64,000 nt of DNA from Camelus dromedarius (Eukaryota). Below, piece by piece: positions 48,691-61,960 of the stretch. Below the pieces are notes generated by a model, which saw nothing but the letters and a program-made list of their open reading frames with translations, did not search any database and was not told the origin of the DNA. Every line of letters begins with the position of its first letter. Position 1 is the stretch's first letter. Location: contig NC_087437.1 in NCBI RefSeq assembly GCF_036321535.1, forward strand, positions 39,930,001 to 39,994,000, written 5' to 3'. The position numbers were made by a program, and so were the translations under genes.

Positions 48691-51600
48691 AACATCAGAG
48701 AAGGAAGAATTAAGAGACTGGCTGGAAAGCATTGCTTTAGCCCCCAAAAGTACCTGGCGCAAGCATGGACACTCTTTTCTGTTTTCACGCCTAAGTAAGC
48801 AATCATCTGTCTGTGTTCTTTACAGGCCGAGAGTGGCCATTAAGAAATGAAAGCGAGTTTAGATTTCACCGACGTGTTTGAATTTGACGACATTTTGCAT
48901 TTCAAGAAACCAAGGTCAGCTCAACCCTTTTAGCACTGAGACCCAGAAACCACCATGATTTAAGCAAACAACGACTCTGGCGAATTTAAGAGTAAGTGAT
49001 GGAATAATTGTTTACTGCTTACCACGCTTTAATTTTTCAAGGACTATCTTTACTTCTAAATCTATTAAGAAGAGCTGTGTATCACTCTGCAAAATACTGG
49101 CAAATTCTGGAATGAAGGAGAATTTATCCCTGTGAATACACTTAGGGAATAAAAATTGAGTATCATCAGTACAAGTTAACCCTCCCAACATTAGCTGCCT
49201 TGAAGCTATGTGCCTTGTTTCCTAACTCCAAGTAAAGCTATGGTCAGAAGAACTTTTATGTTAGAAAATTATAGAAAAGTGAACCTCATACTTCTTGTTT
49301 AAAAAAAAAAAGACATATTGTGGGATGAATCAACTACTGCTAAGACATTCCAAATTCAAATCTTTCACTATTCTACCACAAAATCAAATGCTCAGCTCTA
49401 TTTACTGTGTCAAAAGAAATTAGTTGAGTTTCTAATATCACAGGACCAAATTAATATTTCTCATGTGCTTATTCATTTTTGGAAGCCATGCAGCGGGTAA
49501 CAGTCGCCTATGACAACTGTCTGTGAAGAATATTGTTGTCAGAAATTCCAAACTGCCCCAGAGCTGTGGCAAGAAAAGTCCAGAGATTATTACTGGGTAA
49601 TGACACTGGAAATAAAAAAGTATACAGTATTACAGTATTGAGCTATTAAAGTAGGGAATCAATTCAAGGAGACAAGCAAAATTTATATACTTTATTGATT
49701 TTAAATTTTACATGCTCTGCTATATGAGTAAATCTTTTGTAGTAATTCTAAAGCTTTGAAACATTGTAAATAACAGGGACTATGGGGAGTTCAGAACGGC
49801 CATTTTTTCATACCAAAAGCATATAGCCTTTAATGAATATTAGGAGAAATTGGGGTAATGGAATACCTTACAGCCAACTTAAGTCAGGACTAGTGGGGTT
49901 TTTTGGTCTCCAAAGAGCAAGCATGTTATCAGGTAGTGAAGTAATTCCAGGTAGCACTGTACTTAAGGAAAAGCCTAATTAAATTGATCCTATTGTATTA
50001 CATAAATCCAACATATCCTGTGTAAACTCAGAAACAGGTGGCCCTTTGTAGAAAAGTGGCTGGCTATTAACCAATGGAAGTACAGTTTTCTCACACAAAA
50101 ACAAATCCACGAGAGGAAAACCCTGAAACGATGGTTGACGCAGGACCCCATCATCTAGGAGAAGACTGAATTTGAAATACGACCTGCCTGTTCAACGTAC
50201 TTGAATCCAAAAGCCTCAGCGCTGGGCACTGGGGGACCCTGTTTCCAAACAGGAATTGGAACAAGCCAGTCAAGTTCCTAGGGCCAGCCGGCCACCTTTA
50301 CCAAAAACTGTTGCAGGCTGGGTAATTTCTAAAGTTTCAATCACATAAGTAATATAGAAAATGACAGACATGAGGGGTGGGAGGAGTTTTATATTTTTAC
50401 TGCAGTGAGCCTGATTGATGTTTAAGAAAACGTTTTGACACTTTCAAGTGTGAGCAACAAATCTGTCCACTGATTCATAAGCCACATGTTTACTTAAAGA
50501 AGCCTGGCCCAATAAATAGGGATCAAAATCCCAAGTGCTTAAGTCCATAAAATTCCTGGTGGTGAACTAGTACCAGCAAAATATACCTGACCTTCTTAAA
50601 ATGAGCAAAGATTTTCAAATAAATTCATAACTCACTCCATTTTTTTTGCATCTGTACACTATTCTTTTTTTTTTTTAATTTTGAGACGCTACTGATCTGC
50701 CTTTTCAATATTTAAACTTCCGTAAGAGTGAGAGCGGTACTCAGATAACAAAAGCCCAATGACTTTTTGCAATTTTGACTTATATTTGCATAAAGCACAT
50801 CCAGTATACTTGTTTGGAAGCCCTATTAGCTACAAAGTTTGATTTTTTTTTTCTCATGATGGCCTCCTCTTACATATACAAAGCCATACAGAATAATGAC
50901 TCTACCCATTTACAAGGACCTAAAGACAATGACGGCAATCCTCAAACATATCAGATTCAGATGAAAGAAAATAGTCTCCATGTGTATCAAGAAAGGACAA
51001 GAGCTCTGTATTTCTTCAGGCTTCAAATGTGAGCTATTGAGAATGGAAATCAAAATCACTGTAACTCTTAGCACTTAAATGTTGGGCAATGAATCATTAC
51101 ACCATCTTAAAATGGGAAACCTCAAAACGGGATATTTCTAACCACCCTACCAGCATAGGCAACCTTTGTGTGATGGAGAGAGGGAGGGGGGATTCCTCTG
51201 GGGGTGGGAAGTGAGTGGGAACATAGGGGAGAAAAGGAATGGAAAGAAAGCTAACTCAAGGACCTTGAGAACTTAATTTGGAAACTTTTCTTAGTGACTT
51301 TGGACTTCATTAAACTCCATGTATCACTCTAGCAGCATGATCTCAACAGTTTGAAAGGTATTTGTCATCAGCGAAAGAAAAACATTATTTTTAAAGGAGT
51401 AAAAAGATTGATGCATCACTGTGGACTACTTACGCCCCACGCAGTTCAGTCCTTAGTATTAATCTCAACGTGATGGCTTTTGCATACGGCGCATAATTAA
51501 ACATTTTCTTTTCAGGGCTTTATAGAATCCCCATATGTTTTTAATGGCATCATCTGAATGTTTTTCTTAATAATTCTGGCAGCCTGCTCCTGAATCTTCA

Positions 51601-53799
51601 AGTTTGTTTTTTGTTCCTAATATCTTTTCTACAGAGGCTGCATTGTGCCAGAGATTGAATAAAGGTCTGGGCGCCCCACCGTCGAGGAAGACACACACAC
51701 TCAGACTCACATACACTCACCCTGGGCTTTCTCCTCACTCTTCACTTGCAATCTGTATTACTCTTGGCACTGGGAAAGGACAGGTGAGAAAAAGAAGACA
51801 AGGAAAGAACACAGGACTCTGTGTCACAACCTCACTCTACCATGTGGCATGGCCCCTTTCTCTTCTGTAGTAAGACTTGGCTAACTCACGTCATATGGTC
51901 TGTCTGTCCGTCTACGAATGTTTGGTGAGTGTATTTAAGTGTGTGCATGCCTATGGGGTAGGATGACTTTGGCAGCTGCAACATATGGTTTGTCTGGTAT
52001 TCTGGGGCTGGACGTACCATAATTTGCTGACTCAATACCTGTTGCCTCATGGGAACAGACTTACTCCTTCTGAGCAGTGGTCCATTTTCTGAACCAAACC
52101 CCTTCAGACACAACCCATAAAACTGAAATAATGAAATGTTCACCATTTGGCTTAGTCAGCCACATTTGAGCTGTAAATCAGAATCACTTCCATCTCAGGT
52201 TGTATAAATGTGACCCAGTGATCAAGCGTACATCCAGAAGGGAACATGAGGATACAATAATAATCTGAGATTCTAATATCCATGTCTACCCAGGACTAGG
52301 GCCCATAGTCTCACACATAGACTGTAAGAGCCTCTGCTTGAAGAATAAGTAAATCAAAAGGAAGAATGTGTCCCATTGTTGTTCAAATGTAGCCTTGCAT
52401 TTGCCTTATCCCAACATAAATTTAAATTCTGGAAATTGACAAAGACAATAAATAACTCACATTCGAATCATAAGTCTCCTTTAGGTTGAGTGTTTGAACT
52501 CAGATCCAAGTTTCAAAATATAATATTTTTTTAAAAGTGTTCTCACACTCTTTCCATATTTGTCATCTTGAAATCTGATTACGTGAATGAACAAAATGGA
52601 AATAGTAACCAAAACGGCTTCCTTATGCTATTTTCCCCGTTGAACTTCATTTATTTACAGATGGCCAAGTGGCTATGGGGGCATTTGAAACCCTCCTGTT
52701 ATTAAGAACTGAGCTTTATCAAAAATTTCAAAGAACTGGTTTGTATTTCAGAATTCTGCAGATGATGTGCCTTAAATAGAAACAACCACTCTGAAAAGTC
52801 TTAAAACATATGCAGGCAAACAAGGACAGAAACAGATTATCCAGGAATGGGAATGCTATGATTTCCAAAGGTATTTCTAACATTTGTTGTTGAAACTTGT
52901 CTGAACCAACAATAATCTTTATTAGCCTCTCTTTTTAATAGTTTTCAGAAAATAAAAATAACTTTTAAATAACTTTTTAAAAAACCCAAACCTTACTTTT
53001 TTCTCCCATGCAAATTGCTATAGGTGAATATATAACATGGTGAATATAATAAGAAGTTTCTGGAAATGAAGTGATTGGATGAAAATAAAAAGTAAGGTTT
53101 AAAAAAAATTAGTTGACTTTCCTCCTTATCCAGACACCATTTCAGCAGCTGGTCTCCTAGTCCTGGTCAAAGGAAGAAACTGCCAGAGAACCAAAGCAAC
53201 AGGGTCTAACAAGCTCACGATCCAGTAGAAACTGTCACACCAGGACTTTCATTAGGCACCACACAGCTATGAAACCTTGGTTAAAACCCAAGAGACAGTT
53301 CTTAAAAGGCTTTTGAGTCATGAACATCAGCAGGACAATGGCACTTCTGATCTTTGATCTAAAATTTGATTGAAGTACCTTCCCTATCCTTCCAGAGCAA
53401 ATTGCTTATATAAAAATAGCTTGGTGGTATCTCCGCATTGGAAACAACCCTCCCCCAACTCAATAATAACTACCAAGGCTTCCCACACTCAGATCTCAGC
53501 GCATTTATCATCGCAAACTTGGTCCATAGAAGCTGAACTGAGGGACAGTTGGTACAGATGACCTACAGGTCTGAGAACAATTTTCCATACAAGCAAGGAG
53601 GGATTTTAAGGGTCCTAAGCTGGTAGCTAGCAGGGCCTAATTTGCAGTGACTTTTCCTTTGGTTTAGTTACTGAGCGCTAGCCTTACCCAATAGAATGGA
53701 GCAAAGCCTCAGCCTCATGCCTTGGGGCAAATAACTAGATCCCACTTGCCCACTTACCATAGTTCCTCTAGGACTGAGGCTTGCCTTATCCTGTCTTCC

Positions 53800-54010
53800 T
53801 ATGTGCAAACATTTGGTGGGGAAGGCTTGATGTCAGGCACTGTGCTGGGCACTGGGGAGAAGAATAAGAATAAATAGGGCACAGTCCCTGCTCCCAAAAA
53901 AACTCACAGTAGAGAGTAAGATAGAGATGTATTTTAAATACACTGCAAGATGATGTGTTATAAAAGGGGCAGAAACAAATTGATATGGAGAACAAAGGTG
54001 AGGCCTGCTA
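53800..54010 (-). mobile_element. L2 3' fragment
   Basis: TGTCAGGCACTGTGCTGGGCACTGGGGA...ACAGTCCCTGCTC...ACTCACAGT. Confidence 0.7.
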
Positions 54011-54094
54011 CCTATGCTTCATGGAACCAGTAGTGTGACTCAAAATTTAAAGGACACTCTGGAGTTCCAAGACATTTTCCTCTACCTTCTTTCA

Positions 54095-54265
54095 TTTTAT
54101 CCTCTCCCTAACCTCATGAGCCATGTCTACATGACACCTTCCATTTTAAAGATGGGAAAATATTGAGCTTCAGAGAAATTAGGTGACTTACCCATATGGC
54201 CACTAAACTACCAAGACTTGAACCCAGGCCTCCTGACTCCTGGTACACATGCTCTCCATTATTCT
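54095..54265 (-). mobile_element. MIR SINE
   Basis: CCATTTTAAAGATGGGAAAA...CAGAGAAATTAGGTGACTTACCCA...CTTGAACCCAGGCCTCCTGACTCC. Confidence 0.7.
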
Positions 54266-54499
54266 ATGTCTGTCACGTCTCACATTCTACTTACTTCGGC
54301 CTTCAGCAAGAGAGCTAATGAATGCTCATGGTTATGACTATTCTAGGTAAAAGATTACAAGTTTCGAATTACATGAAAACAAAGCCCATACAACCTAACA
54401 AACAGTTGTATTAATCTACTTTTTGAGAAGTAAAGACATTGAAGAACCGATTGAATTCCTTTGGTACCAGGTGGGAGCAGATCTGCAGCCACAGCTCTC

Positions 54500-54730
54500 A
54501 TCATGGTAGAGCAGAAAGAATCAGTTTTCGATCAGAAGGATCTGGGTTCACAGTTCTGACTTGGCCACTCAGCTGGTTGCATGATCTTGAGCAAGTTCCT
54601 GAAATTCTGAGTTACATTTTTTTTCACCCTTAAAATGGGGATGATCACCTCTAAACTCAAGTGTGATGGTACGACAATACCACAAGCTTAGCTCAGTACT
54701 CACAGAGGCCCTTAACAATCGTTAGCCCGC
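54500..54730 (+). mobile_element. MIR SINE
   Basis: TCTGGGTTCACAGTTCTGACTTGGCCACT...TGATCTTGAGCAAGTT...TAAAATGGGGATGAT. Confidence 0.7.
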
Positions 54731-54741
54731 TTCACCTAGAC

Positions 54742-54930
54742 TGGTGTTCTAAACTCGAATGTGCACTACAGCATGTTAAAACACAGCCTGCTGAGTTGTC
54801 CCATCCTCCGAGTTTTTAAATTCGGGAGATCTGGGGTGGAACCTGAGAATCTGCCTTTCTAACAAGTTCCCCCCGGTGAGGCTGATGCTGATGCTGCCAG
54901 GTCCAGGGATCACACTTGGAGAACCACTGC
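54742..54930. mobile_element. MER5A hAT DNA transposon
   Basis: TCTGGGGTGGAACCTGAGAATCTGCCTTTCTAACAAGTTCCC..GGTGAGGCTGATGCTG...CACACTTGGAGAACCACTG. Confidence 0.85.
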
Positions 54931-55141
54931 TCTCAAGCCAGACAAGGTGTCATGTAGGCATGGCGGTAGAGGTCACTGGATAAACATCTTTACCCTAGAA
55001 AGGTCATGCCAAGCTCCTGGGTGTCAATCACTAACTCACAAGCAAAGCCAGGTAGGAAAACAGAAGGCCAAAAACGACTGTGATCCTGACCCCTTGATGG
55101 ACTCAGTGTCATGGACTCATTAGGATCTGAAGACTCTGAGT

Positions 55142-55272
55142 TAAGAGATCTGGTATGTGAACTGCAGGACAAGTACAAGGTGAGTGCCAGGTGAGAGTGT
55201 GATGGAGAGGGCAGAAACAGTTTGAGAGGTATGGAAGGTGAGCTCTGAAGGTTGGGGGTGGTGGAGAGCATT
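55142..55272 (-). repeat. 131-bp inverted copy of 62147-62277
   Basis: Base-by-base comparison gives 128/131 identical to the reverse complement of 62147-62277. Confidence 0.95.
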
Positions 55273-57369
55273 TGTCTAAAATGCCTTGTGATTACTGTGC
55301 TTCCATTAAGACCTTCAGAAACTCCTACCCAAAGATCTCCCAGCTCCACTCCTAGAAATCTTGCTGCTTATAAATAGTCCCTGAAAGTCCCTGAGAGCAA
55401 CCAGATCAGTGCTCATGAGATCCAGTATTACTGTCTGATTGAGGCTGTTCAAGTAAACATCCAGCCACCCTCAGTGTGATTTCTGCATCGCCAGCACCTC
55501 AGTCACTCTACCCCATATCTCACACACACATGCAAATTTGCAGAATCTAAGGATCTTTTAAGAGTGCAGTTAGGGCAATCATTTAAGAAATGCGCCAGCA
55601 ATCTCTCATTTTTACGCCAAAACATTTTTCTTAAAGGGAGAGGCAGACTTTGCTTCCTGAAATGAGTATAACAACAAAACCCCAGAAAATGCGTTAACCC
55701 TGTTTTATGAAGGTGGTAGAGACAGTATATTCTCTTTTGTTTCCAGATATGAGGAATACATAAAAACGTGATGAACAGGCACTGGCATATATATTGTTCT
55801 GTTCTTGTGCAGAAATTTGTAATATATCTCTATTTTGCTGCAGCCGGATTCCACTGAGTCATCAATTTCCACTATATTATCCGATGTTCAGCTCGGTTGG
55901 AATATTAAGCAGCCATCAGATTCTGAACTTTGCATTTCCTCACATTCGGCCCTTCCCTGATCAAGCTTTGTTTCTCTGTGATTACATATATACATCAGAC
56001 CCTGGAATCAACTTTCTTTGTTTTATCAAGACCTGGTGTGTAGTGGTTCTGATTTATCATTTTTACAACAGTCTCTTCCCTGCGGGCTCCAGGTTGTGAT
56101 GGTGGCATTGCTACGATTTATGGTGGAGATTGTTGATGGAAAATGTATGCTCTTTTTGATTTTCCTTCTTCCCAACACCTGGTTCTTATTTTCCCAACTC
56201 TAGCTTCTGCCATTTTAAGCATTATTTACCATTTGCTGAAATGCGTCAGTTTATTTGGTGGGGGCGTGTAAGGTAGAGGATGAATTTTTACAGTTGGCTA
56301 TGATTTTTCCTCTTATCAACCCAATGCTGATTTTTTTTTTTTTTTACATTTTCTTATACTGTTAGGAACCTGGAGTTCATATTCATTTCTCACTTGTTTC
56401 CCCTTATCTGCTATGACATATTAGTTCTCTCAGAGAAAAAAACGAAAATGCAGGCTGGGTAGGTTCCTCGCGGAGGTTTTTGAATTCTCTGTGACTCACG
56501 CTGTAGGTGGTCACCTCCCTTTCCAACCTGGACATGTTATTTATTACTTAGTGAAGGCTCCTCTCTCTCAAAGTCCCAGAGCAAGGCTAATTTTTCTTCA
56601 GAGTCTAAGAACACTTCAAAATAACTTGGCAAAAGGTAGAGCTTTTGAAGCCTGTTAAGAATCCATTTGCCAATAATGAAGATAACTTTGAAAGGTGGGC
56701 ATGAAAAAACAAAGATGCTCACACCTGAGAAATATTTGATGTTGAAGACTGACATGTAGGTCTTCTCTCCAAAGCAAATCACAAACCAATCAAGACTATT
56801 TTTCTACCAGAAACTGATAACACCCAGAGTACTTTCTCCATTTTTTGCCTCCCCTAAGGCACCCACGCAGCGGAAGAATGCCTTGTCTATATTCATTTCT
56901 GTTGCCACGTTTAGCCAGATTTGTTGTTGTTGTTGTTAATCTATATACCTTTCCAAGAAGTCAGGTAGTTCGAGGTGTTATTTAAATGGGATAAATACTT
57001 AATGCTCCCTCCACCTGCTCCTCCACTCATTCCTGAAAACAGAATTCAGCTTCTTGAATTGCCATTGTTTAAATTTAAATTAAACCCCCAGAATTAGGCA
57101 CCCAGACATAGCTGTTTGCTAGGACAACTCCTGTTTATGCCAGTTGCCTCAGTGTAATTACTAACAGTGGCATCCTTTCACTCTCAAAAGTATCCTATTT
57201 TAGATGAAAATTGTATAATCATACTATTCTGTATTCACCCCTGACTTCTTCACTTTAGTAACAAAACCCCGCTGTGTTTTATCTAACACAGGATACCTGG
57301 CTGTCCAGCTTGAAACTGCATTACTCAGTTTTCTCTGCAGTCTGGGCTTGGCCAGTTATTTCTATAACA

Positions 57370-57585
57370 AATAAAACATACCGTGCTTACTGTTTGCCAG
57401 GCACTGTTCTAGGTGCTTGACAAATGAACATGTTTAATCTTCATCCTGTGAGCTAGATGCTGTTTCATCATTTGCAATTTACAGATGCTGAAACTGAGAG
57501 GTTAAGAAACTTGCACAGGTGGCAGAGCTGGGATGTGAATCCTGACAGTCTGATTCCAGAGTTTGTGCTCTTAATCTGCTACCTC
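57370..57585 (-). mobile_element. MIR SINE (flanked by MLT1-like pieces)
   Basis: TGCCAGGCACTGTTCTAGGTGCTT...TTTACAGATGCTGAAACTGAGAGGTTAAGAAACTTGC...GGCAGAGCTGGGAT. Confidence 0.8.
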
Positions 57586-58189
57586 CCAGTGTGACCAAGT
57601 GCTGGCCAACAGGAGGTGTGAGGAAGTGATGCAGACAACCTCTCAACCTGGTCCTAGAGAAGGAATCTCATCCCCTACTCTTTCCTCCTTCCCTCAAGTA
57701 GGACTTGATGCTGGTGAACATAGTCAGAGACAGCATTCCAAGAGTTGGAGGAGCCTCAAAATAAAGGGACTTGGATCTTTGGCCAACCTCATAGAGCGAA
57801 GTTTCTTCCTACCCTCGACTGCCTGCTACCTCGGGATGGTGAGAGTGAGGGAAATCTGCCTGTACTGGAACTGATACCCAACCATATCCCCACCTCACAC
57901 TTTATGCAGGTGTTACATGCGAAGGTACATGTGAACCTTTCATTCCAGTATCCAGATGAAATATGCATTCAGTATCCATTCATTCCTTGATCAAATTCAA
58001 ACATTTCCTCCAAATGGCCCCAAGATTCCTGTCTATTCTGATGGCTGCTCTGGTACCGTTAGCAAGAAAGATTTCACTCTAGTTCTGTATTTAATTCTTA
58101 GTACATAGAAAATTTCCATGGTAAACATATGTGAAAAAGAACATAGCTAGAGATACACAGTCCTTGTTCTCAAGCAACTGGGTGCCACT

Positions 58190-58700
58190 GTGGCCTCAGC
58201 TCCATCCTAAAGTCATCATTCCAGAGCAAAGCACTCTTCATAACGGCCTTCCTCTACCCCTGCATGAAACAGCACAGGTATCTGCCCATACCTGTGACAT
58301 CTCCTCCCCGCTTCCCTATTTTATTTTCCTCAGTAGCATTCATCACCACCTAACATAAACTCATTTTTCTTTCTTTGTAGCCCATCCCATCTGGATTATA
58401 ATCTCACTGAGGGGGTGACTGTGTCTGCTTTGGTCATTGCTTTATCCCAGCTCCTAACAGACCTGACGTGCAGTAGGTCCTCTGAATTAGGTATTGACTG
58501 AATAAATGAATGGAGAATGAATAAACATTGAACAGTTATACCTATGTGATCTTGGGCAAGTTTCTCAACCTCTCTGGGTCCCATAATAATAGTATCCAAT
58601 GGGACTGCTGTGAGAATTAAAAGAAATAATGCCTGTCAAATAGAGCCTACCTCCCAGTACATGGTACAGGTCCAATATAATGGTAATACAGTGCTCATTA
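58190..58700 (+). mobile_element. L2 3' end followed by MIR
   Basis: TTTATTTTCCTCAGTAGCATTCATCACC...GTATTGACTGAATAAATGAATG, then TGTGATCTTGGGCAAGTTTCTCAACCTCTCTG. Confidence 0.75.
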
Positions 58701-59594
58701 TGTACAGGCCTTATGCTATGCACTGTTATTCCACTTAATAATAGCCCATGTGTTCAGAACTACCCACCTGCTGGTACCACAACAGGAGTCCGGGTTCATC
58801 CAGAATAAAGCTTTTGCACTGTTCTGGTCCTCTTTCTAGAATTTTCTAAGAAAAGCCAGACTGCAGTTTCCTGACAGCAGGACAAACCCCAACCCTCTCT
58901 AGTGAAAGCCAGGTCAAAAGTAGGGAAAGACAAAACAATATTTATTTTAGGATTCGTACCATGTCTGGCATAAGAGTTACCTGGTTCGGAGTTGTTTATT
59001 TGTTTGTTTTTGTTAAATGTCTCTTTTTTTTTTTTCTTCTGATATGCCTCTAAGATCATTAATGGCCTTTTGTCCACTAATAACCTGAGGAGATGTCAAC
59101 TTGCTCCTTCTTCTAAGACTTTCTTTGGACCCTGCCACTGTCTTTTTTGAATAGAAGGATCTAGAAAAACTCCTGAATAATACAAGCAGACTCTGAAGCT
59201 GGACCTTACACTCTGCAACAAAGCCATGCCTGACTCCCAGCTAGATAGTGAGGACTTCTTCCAAAAATGTGTTGAGCTAGAGTTCTGGGAGTAGCAGAAG
59301 GATTAAATGTATACAGATATTTTTTTTTCCATAAAGGTACCAGGACAGTCTTCAAAGGGAAAAATCCATAGCTAGGCTCATGGTACTTAATTAGCTACTC
59401 CCAACCAATCTCTCAGAAATGTTATCCTTGCCCATCCTCATGCTTCAAGCCCTCAGCTCTTTCCAATTTTAACATCAGCCAAACTAGAAATTTCCTAGAG
59501 GATGGTGAATTAAGGGATAGAAGCAGCAGCTACAAATTTCAGTGATGACTATATGCCTTACTTTTGCGATTTCTAAGGTTATTTTTAAATCTCA

Positions 59595-59770
59595 CAATTC
59601 TAAGAGTAAGCTGTTATTGTTGTTGTCGTATAAAAATCCCATTTTATAGATGGGAAAACCAAGGCTCTGAGAAGCTGAAGCTAGCACCCAAGGTCCCACA
59701 ACTAGAAGAAGTGAAACGAGTCTAACGCAGATATTTGTAACTGCAAAACTCACACTCTCTTCACTAGATC
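59595..59770 (-). mobile_element. MIR SINE
   Basis: CCCATTTTATAGATGGGAAAACCAAGGCTCTGAGAAG...CCCAAGGTCCCACAACTAG. Confidence 0.75.
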
Positions 59771-60639
59771 TTCCAACTTTTGACCTCTTACAATTCTGAT
59801 GTACAGGACAGTTCAGGCAAATTCTTTTGGAGATGTCAGTATGAAAGATATAAAACAAATACTCAGACATTACCCTAACCAGGAGAATTATTTCCCCAAG
59901 GATCACCTTCTGGGATAACTGTATGAGTTCAGGGCCCATCCAGAAAATATGCCTGCAGTTAAAATTTCCCTCTGAGGAATGTTGGGGAACCCTGCCTGCA
60001 CCTCTAACTTTGGCATTAGTGTTAGAGATGCCTTAATAGTGAGTTTCTCTTTGCATTTCATCACCTACAGATGGTTATTTTAGAACAGGTCAAAAGCAAA
60101 CACTGTTGCCTCACAATGACCCTCCATACACATGTCCTCTGATTATACCCAGACCCGAACTGATGGGCTCAAGGAGATAAGCAGATGCAACCTGAGGCTC
60201 CCTAATCTCATAAGTAGTTTTTGTTGATAAAAGAGGTTTTTCTAAGTGAGGTTTCCCCTCATACGACCAGTCAAAATGCTATTATTGACAGATGAGAACT
60301 AGTCTATTCCAGGTCTGGACAATTTCCAGACTTATCCCTTTAGCCCTGGTTTAATATAGAAGACAAGAAAACAGGCCCCCAAAATAAGCACCTTAACTAT
60401 ATTAATATAATATATTCAGTGGAACATTTTTTTAAAAACCTATACAAGGAATTACCAAATTCAAATCCTGTCACAAATGCCTTTTTTCACATTAAGAGGA
60501 AAATCAAGTGTCAAGATGCCCAAGGCGTGGCTAACAGGACTAATAATAATATTTAAGGACATGGTTGCTACAGACCTACTTCCATCGGTTTTGTGGTTCT
60601 GGAACAATTGTCCCAAACTCTGTACATATACAAGTGTAC

Positions 60640-60823
60640 CAGAGGTTCTCAACTATGGCTGCACATTTGTATTATCTAGGGAGCTTTGTTTTAAAATAAT
60701 AATACCTGGAGCCCCATCCCTAGGAATTCCAACTTAATTGGTCGAAGGTGGAGTCTAGGCATCAGTATGGGTTTAAAGGCACCCCAGATGATTTCACTGT
60801 GCAACCAGGGCTGGGAACCACCA
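60640..60823. mobile_element. MER5-type DNA transposon
   Basis: CAGAGGTTCTCAAC..TGGCTGCACATT...GGCATCAGTAT..TTTAAAG..CCCCAGATGATT...CAACCAGGGCTGGGAACCAC. Confidence 0.8.
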
Positions 60824-61804
60824 TTCCAGACAATTCTCCACTGAGACTCAGTAATTCATCTGTCCCTAACTCATCGTGGTAACTGCCTCCGGCTGAATAA
60901 AACTTCAGATGAATCACTTACTGCCAAATTTGTTTTTCATTTATTCTAACTGCTGTATTCCAACCTTGTCTAATTATTGACTTAATCTCTTCTGATTTGA
61001 CTCAAAGTGTAGATTTTTATGACAACCCCCAATTCTCTCAACACTCTGACACATTAGTTCAATGAATAATCCCTAACATCACACCAGCCCTTTTTGTTCA
61101 TAAATAGTAGGTTGGAGAAACATGGGATTCATGTCTGGCTTGACAACTAAGTTAAGGCAAGGTACTATAAATTCTCCACCCTCAATCTGCGTAAGTGACA
61201 GGTTGTAATATTTAATATCTTTGAAATCCTCAGAAAAAATAAAATATACCACAATCTGGATTGGAATCACAACTCTGCTATCAACTGGCTGTGCAACTTT
61301 TAGCAAATCATGATCCCTCTCTGATCCCATGCTCACTCAGCTATAGAACAATAGAAGAAATCAGAGCTGTCAAGTCTAGGATTCTCTCTCAGTGTGGATG
61401 AAGTTCTATATCCAATATCAAACAGATGAGCAACTAACTGTTGGTGGGTGTGGTGATTAATTAATTAATTGGTTGCATTTAAATTCAGATGCTGTTTTCT
61501 CTCACTATCCAACCAAAACAGACTTCTTCAGTTTTTGGCCCAAGCAAGAGAATAGAGTTCCTATTAATATGGGGCTTATATTTTATAATTAGGAAAGAGT
61601 AGCTATGGCTATTCCTTTGACACTGACAAATATATTCTATAAATGTATTTACACCATGGAGAAAACACAAGTCTGGTAAATTAGACAATTATTTCAGAAT
61701 TTACATTCTCTTCTGGATACTGTAAGAGCCCCCAGTGGGTTTCCTCCCCAGATTCATTGTCTGTACAGCAGCCAGGATGATCTCTTAAATACAGGTCAGA
61801 TCAT

Positions 61805-61960
61805 GGGGGGAGGGTCGAGCTCAGCGGTAGAGAGTGTGCTTAGCATGCACGAGGTCCTGGGTTCAATCTCCAGTACCTCCACTAAAAAATAAATAAACCT
61901 AATTACCCCCCCCAAAAAAAAGCCAAAATAAATAAATAAAACAAAGGAAAAAAAAAAAAA
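61805..61960 (+). mobile_element. Young tRNA-derived SINE (camelid type)
   Basis: GGGGGGAGGGTCGAGCTCAGCGGTAGAG (A box), GGGTTCAATCTCC (B box), CCTAATTACCCCC tail plus poly(A); perfect 14-bp TSD ACAGGTCAGATCAT (61791-61804 and 61961-61974). Confidence 0.92.

Noticed and set aside
56537..56782. ORF containing MSVFNIKYFSG as a possible alternative first exon
   Set aside because: No recognisable protein and no convincing donor.
61805..61882. tRNA-like sequence
   Set aside because: Head of a SINE with tail, poly(A) and TSD; not a tRNA gene.
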